This document shows, piece by piece, positions 49,520 to 62,701 of a stretch of 64,000 nt of DNA. Origin of the DNA: Balanoglossus misakiensis. Its lineage: Eukaryota > Animalia > Hemichordata. The notes below the pieces were generated by a model. The model worked only from the letters and a program-made list of their open reading frames with translations, was not told the origin of the DNA and ran no database searches. Position 1 is the first letter of the stretch; every line of letters begins with the position of its first letter. The position numbers and the translations under genes are program-made. The stretch lies in NCBI GenBank assembly GCA_040954595.2, contig CM082587.2, positions 5,754,206-5,818,205 of the forward strand, in the 5' to 3' direction.

Positions 49520-52500
49520 GTAAGTTTAGAGTGGTGATTTTTTTCTCCGTCGCTCGTGTTTTTTTTGTCAAACTTTTAGTTGTGTGTGAAGTTTGTGACG
49601 ACGAGATGCACTTACAGGGACGTCGGACTACAGTGTGATTTTAGTTTTTTTTCCCCTGCGATATGTCAAGCCTGTCAAACGCCTTCCTTCCGTTGCACTT
49701 TCCGCGTCCAACGCGTTAGCGCGTTTCCTAAAAGTACATTGGTGGGCACCGCCAGGAGATCGCACGGCCAAGGTCGAACTTTTTTGCCGTCAAGCCGCAA
49801 ATGAATTAACACTGAGTTTGATACGACCACGGGGGGCTTCGTCCTTCTCGACGTGCCAGTGAAAAAGAAACTGCCGCACACGTACGGGCGTGGGAAGTGA
49901 CTAGAAATTATACAGTGTATTGGTATTGATGATGGTTTGAATCGACACTGAATATACTGTATATCCCGAGTGGCAAATTGGCTGGGTCAGATTCAGAAAC
50001 TGTTTATTGAGGAAGTTCAAATGCGTCATTCACTCAAGCTTAATTGGCCCACCTCAGCACCGAAGCACTCGCGAAACCCATCCCGCCAACTTTTAATTCT
50101 GATCCCATTTCCTCTCCCCGGCGGTGCTTTACTGAAGTAAGCATAAAGCGTTCCGCGTACGCGATGTTGCACGGAAAGGTGCGACTGATCGTGGGATTTC
50201 CTCCACACCTACACCGGGATTTCAACGGGGGTTGGCTTCGTGATGCATGGCGGCGTCGCTCGCTTCAAACGCCCATCGGAGAGTTTCATTGATGGCGTAT
50301 AGCAAGTCATTCTAGCGTTATATGTGCTTGAACTAGCTCTCCATTGATAAGCACGTAATATACATATAAATTCGGATCTAAACATCTATATTGTCAAACC
50401 GAACGAGCATTTCCTCTTTAAAATGACTCACTCAGTATCGGAAAGTTACGATATTGGCAGTGCACGCACACTAATATAACACTTTTTATACTTTGCCGGC
50501 GAAAATCAAATATAGATAGCTTCTATGAGATGAAGAATAAATATTTCATATGTGAATAACGACGACAGATCAGAAGTTTAATGCGTCCGAAACAAGCTAA
50601 GAATGGATGTCAATATGTCACTCCAAACATGCTGCGCAGTACACTCAAGTAGTGATCCCGAAACATTTTGAAGCCGAAACGGAAAATAATATTTGGAATT
50701 CTTCCCAATGTTTGTTCTTCTTAAGTGGGGATTACAGGCAGGAAATTTTCGAATGCCTGAAGGGACTTAAAATTGAAGTAGGGACTCGACTAAACAGAAG
50801 TGTGGCTGGCTGATGTAATGTAGTTTGCTTTCAATTGACCTGTTTCAACACGAAGTACATCAAAGCGTGGACTTGCTGTTTGTGTTTTCCTCAGCAAGAA
50901 GAATTCCAAGTATTTGGTGAAATATCACGCGCCCAACCAGTCCGCGCGTAGACAACCGCACCTTAATTAAGACAGGGAAATTCGGGTCACAAAAACGATA
51001 ATTTTCGTACCTGTGTAAGTCACGCCGCGCCGCGCACATGGAAGACACAGAGTCGCTCTCCAGGTCGTCGACCCGATTCGCATGAACGCAGCACAGGCAT
51101 TTCTGAAAACTCCCTCTCCGTCACGTACAGTTTAACTTGTTTTATGGACTGTTAAGATCTCGATCGCACATCGGCATTTAATTTGGCTGCGATTTGGGTT
51201 CAGTACGCACAATCTATTACCTCGTTCACCTTTTCCCAGTTTCGACATAACCTCATTTTCAAGGTTTCTTGTCGCGCGCACTGCTCAGAGATGTCTTTCT
51301 TTCATCTCGTATTCAACCTGGTACCACGGAGGGTGAGGTTACCGGTGCGGGAGCCTAGCGCAAACAGCATAAAATTAGACCAGATCCCAATTACATGTAC
51401 TCATTGCTCCTGAGTGGTGGAGGAGTCCGAGAAGTAATTTGGGCCGTACGTGCTCAAGGACCCTAGCGCAGTCTCCTGTCGTGGCTTCCGGAGAATGTGC
51501 ATGGCGGCCCGGGCCGGCCTCCACCGGGCCACGATGCCTTCCACACGCAACCGTGAACCGGCGCCGCTCTACACCGACTGAGTTGTCAGTATTTGTGTGA
51601 TCATGCCAAGCGACAATGTCAATCTGCGTTGTTTCCCCCACCCCACCATTGAACAGCGACGCAGCATCTGGTCGTGCTGTCGAATTGAGTTTATCGTTTG
51701 CCGGGCTTGCCGTTTGTGGTTGCACAATGCGTGATAACCAGGCTCTTAAATTACGAACTAAGTATAAAAATCCACATTCAGAAAAAAAAGACATTACATT
51801 ACATTGGAACAACGCCAAAGTAGTGCTGCACATGTCTTTTCCTTCGAAAGTAGGTGATTAAGAACACTTTAACAGAAGTCTACCATAAGTAAGCAAGTAC
51901 TAGTAACCGTAGTAGCCATTTACCAGGTTATTTCAACAGGCCCTTACAGAAAAGTTGGCAGGAAGCCAAGCCGTCACTCTGTGACGTCACCACAGGTGTT
52001 AACATTCTTGAGATAAAATTGCATTTATTTGATGACGTCACTGGACGGGGACTTCTTTTATTTGTACGTAACAGCCTTGCGATTTCATCGGAAGTTGGCG
52101 TTCGTATTGTGTAATTATTATCGGACGCGAACGGGGTATACTGTGAATATTGATGTCGATCTGGTGTACGCGCTCTGTAAATCCGAACACTGGCACTTTT
52201 GTTCCGAACGGGGAGAAGCCAAGAGCCCTTGAAGATTCGATAAAGCTGTTCTCGTGTTCAAATAAATTGTAAACTATTCTTGTTGCCACGACGATGCGAA
52301 ACGATTGTTGCACTTCACAAGAATCGAAATACCACGTCTGACAGCTGAGGTATATGGTAGCCTAGACTTTCTCACTGCCTGTCGGGGCCATAAGAATGCC
52401 AAAATTTCAGGTCTGATCGACTCAAAGGATTTATTATGCGTGTTCACAAAGGGCAAATGTTGTCTCTGAAACGTTTCTAGTTTTACCCAGTCTGAATCTG

Positions 52501-55386
52501 GTACGTACTAGTATTGGTAATATGTGGGAGGGACATTATAGGACTGTGTGGCCGTCTTTACGTGTGACACGTGCATTACCGCGGCGCCTTGAGGGTAATA
52601 CCACCTGTTTAGCGCCTACGTCACAGCTTCCATTATGGAATGTGCGAAATTGTCACCAACGCGAAATCAATGATTGCGTCATGCATTTTGAGACGCGCTT
52701 TTAGTGTATTAAAATCGACGTGAACAATACAACGCAGGATGCAGTGTATACGTGTCTGACTGGGATCGACGTAATAGCGCCAAACCGCGGGATAATTACG
52801 AGGCCGGAATTTAATCTCGTGACTGTTCCCAAGTTGCCGCGATCACTTACGTCGGAGTTGGGCTGTCCTTGGCTCATTAAAATATCCAGGTTTACGTGTG
52901 TGTGTGATCTTTCAACAAAATGCACCATGATTACGACACCTGCAATGAGGAGCCATTCCGTAGAAATGCGTGAACATATTGTGGTGCGATACGATTCCAT
53001 ATGACCATGAGGTGCCCAGTGTTTTCTTGGTGTATTGACCTAGCGGGGAATATGTTGTTCACAATGACTTAGGTGACTTTTTGCCGCCTTTGCTGAAAAC
53101 AGTTGAGAGCGCCGGCATTCGTTGACGTTTTATTACGGAACTGTCTCTGCTATTCTGGGTGAAGAACACAGGCGAAACTATTTTGACTGAGTGCTTCCTC
53201 TTTTTCCCTATCGTTAAATATGATATGCGCACGCGCCCAAGTCTTGGCAACAGTTGCGCATAGCCAACGTTAATCATAGTATGATAAGCACTGGCAGGCG
53301 GGGAGGGGGGTGGTCAGGCAAGCGGCCAGGAAAACAAACGCAGAGAAAAGTACACGCTAGCAACAGTGTATTAATAATTATCCCGGAGTTCAAAACTAAT
53401 CTCTAGGCGGTACAAGAAAACAATTTCGTTTGTAATTCGATGGATTAATGACGTCGATATATTTATAACGATATTACCTCTACCCACACGCCAATCAGCT
53501 AGCCGTTACTATGCATTTATCTCTCAGTGACTCTACCTTGGCAACATTTACACCGATACTTGTAAAAATGAACGCGGGTCCGGCCGCGTCACTTTGAACG
53601 CGTTGATGCCGCGCAGTAATCGCGTCCAGGGTTTGAGGCAACGCGCCGGGAGGGGTACTACTTTTTTGTGTCTTTAAAATAGTGCGGGCACACACAGTGC
53701 CGGACGGCAGATGGTGATGGCTTTTGCTGTGTTCATCGGAAATGAGATATTTGTGACTTGCAGTGTAAGGGACTGGCAGCCTGTGTCGCCATCGTGATCA
53801 TCAGTAAAATATTTCAGTATCTGTCTTACTCTTGAGAGTCCATCCTGGAAATTGAAACTGTGTGTGATAGAGGGACTGTGGTGTAAGGAAAGTATTCAGG
53901 CGAAGACGTGTTACCACGACAACCCGCACTGAACCGACGTACGCTGTTCGCCTATTCATCTGGCTGACATCGGGCTTTCCGAACCACGTGACTCTTACTT
54001 GAAGCATTCTTTCTCTCTGTGGATTTGACAAATTCAGGCAGAGGGGAGTTCCTTTGACGGTTTATTTGAGTTCCTTTCTCTGGTATCATACTAATACGAA
54101 ACGAAATCCCACATGAAAGGGGGGAAAAGTTCGTCGTCTGATCACGAATGACGTGTGAGCAGTATTTGCCAAAAAGTCGTGCCGTGATCGTTAAGGAGAA
54201 AGGGACTGTTCTATTATTGCTTTTTTTGTAAAACTTATAAAAAACAGCACGCCCCCGGGCAGCCAAATACGCTGAATCCAAATACGACGCATTTCGCCCA
54301 ACTATGCAGCTCGTGAACAAAAAAAGACTCTAGGGCCGCCGTTTTGCGCAAGTCCGGTACGTCGAGTCGAAGCAAACCCCCTCGTCCGCGTAATGAGATT
54401 AATCGCGCGCTTACCATGTATACCTACTAGTGCCGCGTCCGATTTGCATTAATCATCAAATCCACTCGAATTAGTCGCATTAAATGAGCGTGCATCAATC
54501 TCCCTTCATAAATGATATAAGTTATGAATATCCTCTTACTCAAATTATGGATTTCATATTTCGAGGACATCGCTGGGCTACTTAAATTGATTACACTGCA
54601 GGTTAACGTTGACACAATTTACGTCGCGTCAGGAAATAATCGATGTTAAGACATTTTTTTTCGCGAGGCTCAAAACACTCGAGTCTAGATTCTACACTAC
54701 ACCAACAGGGCGTGATATGATGCAAGTGGTAAATAATTGTCTCTAGAAATATCCGACGATGCGTTCAACGGCGCCTTGTGATGAAACCCAATATACTGAC
54801 CGACACAAAAATAGGCGCGTGGGTTTTGTCGCTTTATTCTTAATTGGGGGAATACACGATAACCCGTGACGTATATCACACTTGCCAGATTTAGCTGCCT
54901 CTGCGTTGACATGTAACAGCGTGCACGTGTACAAGTCAAGTCGCGTCTGAACTCAAAAAGTGTGTCGGTAGTGCGTTATGTTATCAACTATATCAATCAT
55001 CTGGTGACGTCCCAGCCTAGTCCACCAGTCGTTTGAATTCTCTTGTTCATACGCTTTAAACCCATGAACATGAAAGACGGTGTAAACCCAGCCTCATCAT
55101 ACTAAATATTTGAGTCGGACAAATTAGTATGAAGGATTTATCGTAAACGGAAATGGATAAATGTTTCTAACTGAACAGCAGAAATTACTCAACATCCTAC
55201 AGCACTAACGCTATCACTACAGCTGAACATTCCTATTTAGATCTATTAAATTTGCAATCGCCTGCAACTATTCTTTGAAAGTTTTAACTGCGGTTACCAT
55301 AACGACGGCGTCAATAGCATGAGCAGGAGCGCATGATTTTAGGCTCGTGCAAAGTGGAAAGTGTTCGAGATATGCCAATTTCTGAA

Positions 55387-55469
<83 letters not shown>
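55387..55469. repeat. (GAT)n trinucleotide microsatellite
   Basis: Direct reading. Confidence 0.98.
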
Positions 55470-55470
<1 letters not shown>

Positions 55471-58400
55471 ATGGTGCTGCTCTAATTGTAAACCTTTTTT
55501 TCGCTGCGTCTCTGAGGTCCTCTGAACCGCTTGACACTACGCTGAAGCTTTTCATGTCAATCTTTGACGAAAGGCACAAATCTGCGGTTCCAGAGTGGAT
55601 GTGCGTGAGTCTATCCAGACCACGGCGTTCACGACGAATGAATCGCGTGAGACTGTACAGGACGTACCAACGGGGCATTTCTATTCTGCGCAGCCGCTCG
55701 CCCTTTGTGGGTACGGCCCCCCAGCTGCGATAAAATTGAACCTCTATCTGAAAGGCCAATGCATAATTTTTGTTGAGAAAGAAAAGAGGAGCACAAAATC
55801 AATGCTTGAGAAATATCGTTTATTGACAGGGCATCGATCACAACACTGCATAGACTCAGGTTTACCACAGCGCGACAGACTTCATACCGAACTCGACGCC
55901 GGGAGCGATCTGTCTGCGCACGCGTGGCAGCTTTCTGAAGAATTCTCACGTGGGGTTGAAGTGGGCGGGCGGGGCAATATAAGGCACCGTGGATTTATAG
56001 TCGTAACATTTTCTTCGCCAACAGGCCGCTGTGTACCCAGGCTGCCGGCTGCGCCGAATATATACACACGCTTCGTTCAAAACAGCAGCGGTTTATCATC
56101 GGTTTGGGATTGAAAAGTGGAAGTGGGATTTTTTCGAAAGGTAAGCAAGCCGACGACTTCGTGCTGTGGGCACTATCTGTGTGTTTCCCTACCTTTATTG
56201 ACAGGATTTGCGATGGTGTTTTTTTGCGGACCGTTTGCGGACCGTTTGTCAAACACGTGCTCGTTGTGTTTCGAAAAAAAACACTGAAATTTTTCAGAAC
56301 ACACTCCTGCATATGAGACCATAAGACACGAAGGGATTTTTTTTCTGTTATGAAAATTATCTATTTTACTGCGTTTCGTTTCGGTATCAATTGTGACACA
56401 CGAATCTCGTGACGAGCCCCAAACCTGACAAGCAGCTTGTGCTCCAAAAACAAAATCACGTATTTTATCACACATGAAAATTTGACGTTTAAACTTGTCC
56501 GCGGACTGAGCTTCAATCAGGGATGAACCAGCCCCTGAGCTGGGAAGCGAACGCACGTTCAGCGTGTCGAACTCTTACGTACTTGTGTGTATACCAGCGA
56601 AGGTCATGTTAGATGCCGATGAAGAGCCCTGTTGGGAAGATATCGCTATCGAAGCCGTGTGTGTTTAACCTTGTTAACCCAACGATTAGATATCTCGGCT
56701 ATCGCGATAACGACAGCCTATTTATCTTAATCGTTGGCATTACACTTCAGATCGGGTCTTCTAGAAGCGCTTTTCTCACGACGCATCTGTCCATGACTCG
56801 GCTAAATTTTTTAATCATTTCCTCATTTCTTTTGCTTCGTATAGTGACACCATGTACGCCAAGACGTTCAGCTTCGTCGCTTTTTATTGGGCATGTCTGG
56901 TTGTATTGACCAATGCAATGGCGATCGAACCCAAATACAAAGCCACAGTGAAAAGACAGATGACTTTCTCCCCGGTAAGTGGTCACACATTTATTACAGG
57001 CCTTGGCATTTGTTGCCACTTCTTTATCTGTAAGTGCGTTCTCCACGAAACTGTAAGCTTTACAGTTTTGAAGTGCATCACGAGCACCGGTATACGACGC
57101 GCACCTTTGAATAGCGGACTTTGTTGGTGTGGGGTTAGTAAAACACTCGTACACGCCAACTGCTAGATCCGCACTCGCAAAGCCGTCGATAAATCACTTC
57201 AGTATGATTGAACTTTCTCTTCAGAATGGCACCGAGCGTCCTTCGCGAGCAGTGTCGCGCTGCAGGCCTCGCACGAACACAAAAAACACACACGATAAAC
57301 TGTGTTCAAATCATGGTACATCCAAGATCGAATCATGAAGAGGTCGGACAATCGAAGCGTTTCTATATTTTGATGCTTGCGTCATTATCTGCCATCGTAA
57401 GCGGAAATGTCACTTTTACAGCAGCGCGGTGAACAGCAATCCGGGTTACGCTCGTTATACGAAAAGAAGAACCGTCGTCCAAATATTTTTTTTCTTCAAA
57501 AGACGTTTCCAAACATCCTCTTCGCCATAAAGTTTGCGGTACAGTGGACCGGATACGCATTTCGGATTTTAATGATAAGGAGTTCTCGTTGAGGCGGAGG
57601 GGGTGTGTGAGAAGTGAATGCTTTCCTGTTTATATTTAAATCCAAGCAAAACCACAAAGTGGCGAAAAAGGGGGTAATTCCCCCAAAAGGGGAAGAAATT
57701 GCAGATCTTGTGATTCGGGTATTCAATCCATATCGGGCAAGACGTACGTTTGTTTTATGACTTCCCCAGGAGCACGTGACAATAACATTATTAACCAGCG
57801 TTTATCGGTCCAGCGATCTGCAGAGTCACATGACATCATTAATTTCGAGGTCATGCGATCAATCATTAAATCGATAACTCACGATAACGTTGCACAGTTC
57901 GTTGACCTAGTTTTCAAGTCACCGTGTTCTTTCGATGTTGTGTACGGCGGCGAGCGAAAAAGTGTCTTTGCAGAGGTAGTACGCACCTCGAAAATCAAAG
58001 TCACAAAAGTTTTGCTCAAGGCGACTATTCTCTTTTGAAAATGAAAAACTGAGGGGTCACACTGTGCAAATTTTGAATGGGGGTCAGTTGGTCTAAAATT
58101 TGAAATTCATGTTGGCAAGACATGTGCTACCGATTCCTGTGAAAACCCTGTTTTGAAACGCTTTACATTTTATTCTGTCTTTATGACGTTACACGTTCAG
58201 TCGAACAAGCATGAGGAGAATGTATGCCGTCGTTATTAACTTAGCGAGAGAAAAAAAATCGAAGCGTTTTATCGATTTCTCAGCCACGAGAAAGATTTCA
58301 TGCAAAAGAGCCGCTGCTTTGTCCAATATGAGAATACTTCCAGATCAAAATTATATTTAAAATATCTCTATAAAAACGGATGGGTTTTGCTCTTATGATC

Positions 58401-58645
58401 GCTTCAGCTAGGTACGCACTTGAAACGGGCCTGAATGTCATCTGTTCAGTATTACGTTTTGCAGTTATCCGAGGTTACCGCTATTTCGGGACCAATATCA
58501 TCGCTCTAAATCGCTCAAGTGTCGGACCCTTTCCGATCGTTTGACCTGCAGTGACCGGATAAAGCACTGCCAGATGACAAATGTATATACCGAAGGTTAA
58601 ATATTAATGTGCCCGAGTAACATTCAGGCTATGAATTCCTGTTAA

Positions 58646-59244
58646 AGGGGAAATCCGTTGTAGCTGATTTTCACATAATTTGGTAGCTTTGAGGCGACTC
58701 TTTCAGAAAAAAACATATTCGCCATGCATAAGTCGCGCGATTTCTTACAAAGTCGAGGGAAAGTTCCAATATGGCGTTTACTGTAATTTGAATCATGGGA
58801 AAAAAAGCGCCAGGACCAACTTCCGCCCACCTTGGTGTGGGTGATACCATTTTCCGATTGGTGTCACTGCGTCACAGGCTAAGCGTATTTGCATATTTTT
58901 CATGGGTTATAGCTCATGAAAACTGTCAATAGATGACAAATTTTCGACTTTGCTGATGATTGTTTATCAACTGATGCAAAGAACAAACAATAGCTATGAA
59001 AATACGCCTAGTCTGTCGCCCAGTGACACCAATCGGAGAATGGTATCACCCACACCATGGTGGGCGGAAGTTGGTCCTGGCGCTTTTTTTCCCATGATTC
59101 AAATTACAGTAAACGCCATATTGGAACTTTCCCTCGACTTTGTAAGAAATCGCGCGACTTATACATGGCGAATATGTTTTTTTCTGAAAGAGTGGCCTCA
59201 AAGCTACCAAATTATGTAGAAATCAGCTACAACGGATTTCCCCT
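58646..59244. mobile_element. Hairpin MITE with ~240-bp TIRs and TTAA TSD (AG terminus, Kolobok-like)
   Basis: ttaa|aggggaaatccgttgtagctgattt ... aaatcagctacaacggatttcccct|ttaa; arms nearly identical. Confidence 0.93.
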
Positions 59245-61225
59245 TTAATGTGGACTGCATAGAGTCCGCCAAGTTGATGATTCGAACTCATATAACCCGT
59301 TCAAGGCAAATTAGGCTGTATACACACTATTACCGAGCCCCTGGAATCCTCGTGAGTTAGAACTGGGTAAATATTGACTTCCGCCGGAGTCATAATACGG
59401 GCTTTATTTATCGATATTGTGAGTGATTTGAAGTCCGCAGAATCTTGTTATCGCCCGGCGGCAGATAAGAGAGGCGAGTCGGTGTTTGAACACGCCATTT
59501 GCGACACCATTACATGCCTGCGCACTCTGTGTACAGTTTCGTCAACCGACATTAAAGCTCTTCTCTTGCACGTGCCTCCCTGATTTTAAACAGAGGACAT
59601 AAATTTTATTCGCCGCGAAGAAATGTGTCTGTACCTGCCGTCCTCTTTGAGCGTTACGCCTAATACCCGTTCGTCTTTTGGTTCGTCTTTCCACCCGCGC
59701 GCGCACGGCTTTAAATCGTTATACAGCGATTAATGAAAGGGCAAGACGGGAATTATCGCGGTGGTATTATAGTAATTTATCTCATTCGTCGACGGTTGTC
59801 AAAAGATCTCGAAGCTATCAAATCGTCGGCGGATCTAGGTTACGTCTTTCGGTGACAAAAGGAATTTTTCCCGCGCCGTGGTTTTTGCATGTGGGCCGGA
59901 TCAAGCTTCTCTCGTTTCAGCGCTGTTCCATAAGCGCCGAAGGATGGCGTGAGGCCAGCTGCTCCCGTTTCGAAAACGGCGTGTCGATAAGGACATTTTA
60001 TTTCGAAGAGCATGGCTCAAATATCCAATGTTAAATTTACTACACCAGGCATTACATCAAACGATTGAGGGCCATGACACAGAAAGTGGTTGCCCTGGTT
60101 ACAAGTGAAATTGATAGAGTGTAACAAATAAAGGGCCTTGTCTTGTCCCTAAATTCTCTCCATAGATTGGCGGCCATTTTGAATTTCACATTTGAGACTA
60201 GTTTGCTCCGTCATTTTAAATTGCGTAGCGTTACCCCTAATTTGTATTCTGAATGTAAAAAATAATCTAACGTTGCCTTAAGTTTGAGCAAAATATAAGA
60301 AAAAAGGCTTAAGACTGTGGTTATCGAGGCGCATACTGGTACCTTAATACCACCAGGTCGTACTAACTTCGAATTCGAGCACACGGACTCATAAATCGAA
60401 GTCCAGTTCGTGATTACGTCGACTTTATCCCGACAAGGACGAACACAGTTTTGCCTGCAGGAACGTACAACTCGAGACTCCCAGTGTCCACGGACAGCGG
60501 CCAAAGATTTACGACAGAGATATGTTGATATTGTGTTCAAATGGTGATCATGACTTTATTTTGGGCATATCTTATAAATCACGTAGCAATCTATAGCCGC
60601 TCGTACTTGACAGGCTACCCTGTCCGTGGCGTGCCATCGCGATCGGCGATAAAATGAGAACGATTTACGGCGAGCCCTTTTTGGCAGGCGACATTTTTGT
60701 GGCACGGTTCCAGCAGACAAGTGGTGTTAGCTACGGTACGGGGCCCGGTGCTCGGGTTAACTTTAGCAAGCCTGTCTATTTTCATTCGTTCTAAGTTGAC
60801 ATTGACGAAAGAAACGCGCCCGTCTGGAAACGTTTGAAAGAAAAATGAAACCTTAAACGTTGCTATCATCAGGGAAATCGTGTGTGTGATTACCGTAGCG
60901 AAGTAATATTTTAAATTTTGTGTAAAACAAGAATAGATTCAGAGTTTAACAAAAACTGTAACTTTTGTGACGTTTAACACAATGGGTCATGTGTTGTTTA
61001 TTCTATGTCACATATGACGTGTCAAGTCACGCAAAATCTCGCAGAATCGCGTGGAGTCCAGAAAATGGTCTATTGCCTCGCATTTGGTGTCCCCAGTATA
61101 TGTTTAAATTACCACTGTCAGTTTTTCATGTTAACATTACAGATGAAGTCCACACAATAAGAACTCACAAACTGTTTCTGTTTTCGACCTTTCCACAGGA
61201 CGTTAAACGGAACTGCGCTTTTTGT

Positions 61226-61528
61226 ATGTACTGTATGACAACTGTCGCCGACTGGCGCGCCGATTTGGAAAATAAATGCATGACGGGAAGGGAAGGCTTC
61301 TGCGAAGAGTCGCGCTGCCCGCTGGACGTCTTTCAAAACTTCGACGAGTTCACCGACCTGTCCGTCCTCTGGATGTCCCACCACGTCGCACGCTTGCCCG
61401 AGGGCATGATCTCACCGATGGCCACACGTTTCCAGATCTTTGCCAGGTACCAGTTCGAGGCGTTCACCGCCGAGTCGCCCGACAAAGACGTGAACATTTA
61501 CGAAGCACTCGAACACATGAACGACTGA
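61226..61528 (+). CDS. Small uncharacterized protein, 100 aa (MYCMTTVADWRADLENKC...VNIYEALEHMND)
   Basis: Strong acceptor (tgtttctgttttcgacctttccacag|G at 61198/61199). GC3-rich codons (TTC GAC GAG TTC ACC GAC CTG TCC GTC CTC) contrast with the flanks. AATAAA at 62696. The true start could lie in an unseen upstream exon. Confidence 0.72.
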   Translation: MYCMTTVADWRADLENKCMTGREGFCEESRCPLDVFQNFDEFTDLSVLWMSHHVARLPEGMISPMATRFQIFARYQFEAFTAESPDKDVNIYEALEHMND

Positions 61529-62695
61529 AGACGGATAACTTTTAGCTCAGGGGAGGAGAAGGAGGAGGAAGGGGAGAACACATTTTGTCGGTGCCCCCCT
61601 CCCAGGGGGTTCCACTCACCATTACAAACGAACCACAGCGTTTATTTTTCTCAGGCGTTTAGGGTGTAAAAAACAAGTTCACGCTGACAACACCTTTGCT
61701 TTCAAATTTCCAAGTCATGTTACTTTCCTTATTTAACCGCCCCTGGGTTCCAAACTTCTTGCCAGCGTCGGTATTAGATATTACACCTGAAACACACAAG
61801 ATTGCCTTGAATGAATCGAATGGAAATGTATACACAATGAATTTACTTGACCATGAAATACCGTCCTCTTTTACAACTGTCGGGGGAATGCTCAATCGTT
61901 TCAATTTCTATATTTTTGTTTTCAATTTCGAGGCAGCCGGGTTTAGCTTCTGTAAATCATAAGGACTGTGACGCCACACGACTTGGTCCCCCAAGCGCAT
62001 AGTTGTATGACGTGTATGTGTACGCATGTAGCGTATGACGTGTATGTGTACGCATGTATCAACGCCCCGTGTGCAGTAGAACGCACGACTTCTTAATATC
62101 AAAGCTGACTCTAAATGAGAACAGCTGAAGATGATTCCACCTATTGTAAAGCAATGTCAGTCATTTATACTATCTGAACTTTGGGGTTTCCGAAAATGTA
62201 TGATGTACGTTTCCTCTCTTCAACATTGGGATGCGCATTATACTGAACACATGTATACACATATATTCGACATACATATCACTATGCTACCCTAACTCAC
62301 CCAACAGTATAGATGTTTCATACACATTCATATTTGAGTGTACCCCATCTATACAGCTCGCTAGTTTTGTTAACCTTTTCTCCCTTATTGCTTTTCATTC
62401 GATAGAACTATTCAAGAAAAGCGCAGCTTAATATAAATAACTTGAGAAATACATATTGTGGTAGCTTAGGAGTATATTATTTTGTTATTTATTGTCTTTA
62501 TGTATTTAATATTTAACAGAACCTTCAACTTGAGGGGGAAACAGTCGTACCATCAAACAATGCAAGAGTGAACTTAATCGGGTCATTTTCTTTGTGTGTG
62601 TTGTAACCAAATTTCTGGCAGCGGATTTTTGGCATTTACTTTTTGTGATATAAAACTGTCTTTTCCTTTTCCGTGTACTTTATTACACTGATGTC

Positions 62696-62701
62696 AATAA
62701 A
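62696..62701 (+). terminator. Putative polyadenylation signal AATAAA of the 100-aa gene
   Basis: Follows an AU-rich 3' region; GT-rich sequence downstream. Confidence 0.45.

Noticed and set aside
51330-51580. GC-rich stretch with protein-like translation (FGPYVLKDPSAVSCRGFRRM...)
   Set aside because: Interrupted by stops, no good splice pair, no recognisable family.
55268-55759. 163-aa ORF with a long poly-His tract
   Set aside because: Tract derives from (GAT)n; the flanks lack codon bias and convincing splice sites.
56613-57166. Overlapping 98-135 aa ORFs on both strands
   Set aside because: No motif, codon bias or exon boundaries; compatible with chance.
58642-59248. Two near-identical opposite-strand ORFs (GGSWSWRFFSHDSNYSKRHIG...)
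   Set aside because: Artefact of the MITE inverted repeats.
61355-61400. LSVLWMSHHVARL resembles a Bcl-2 family helix preceding BH2
   Set aside because: No BH1 NWGR motif or downstream GGW; too short to support homology.
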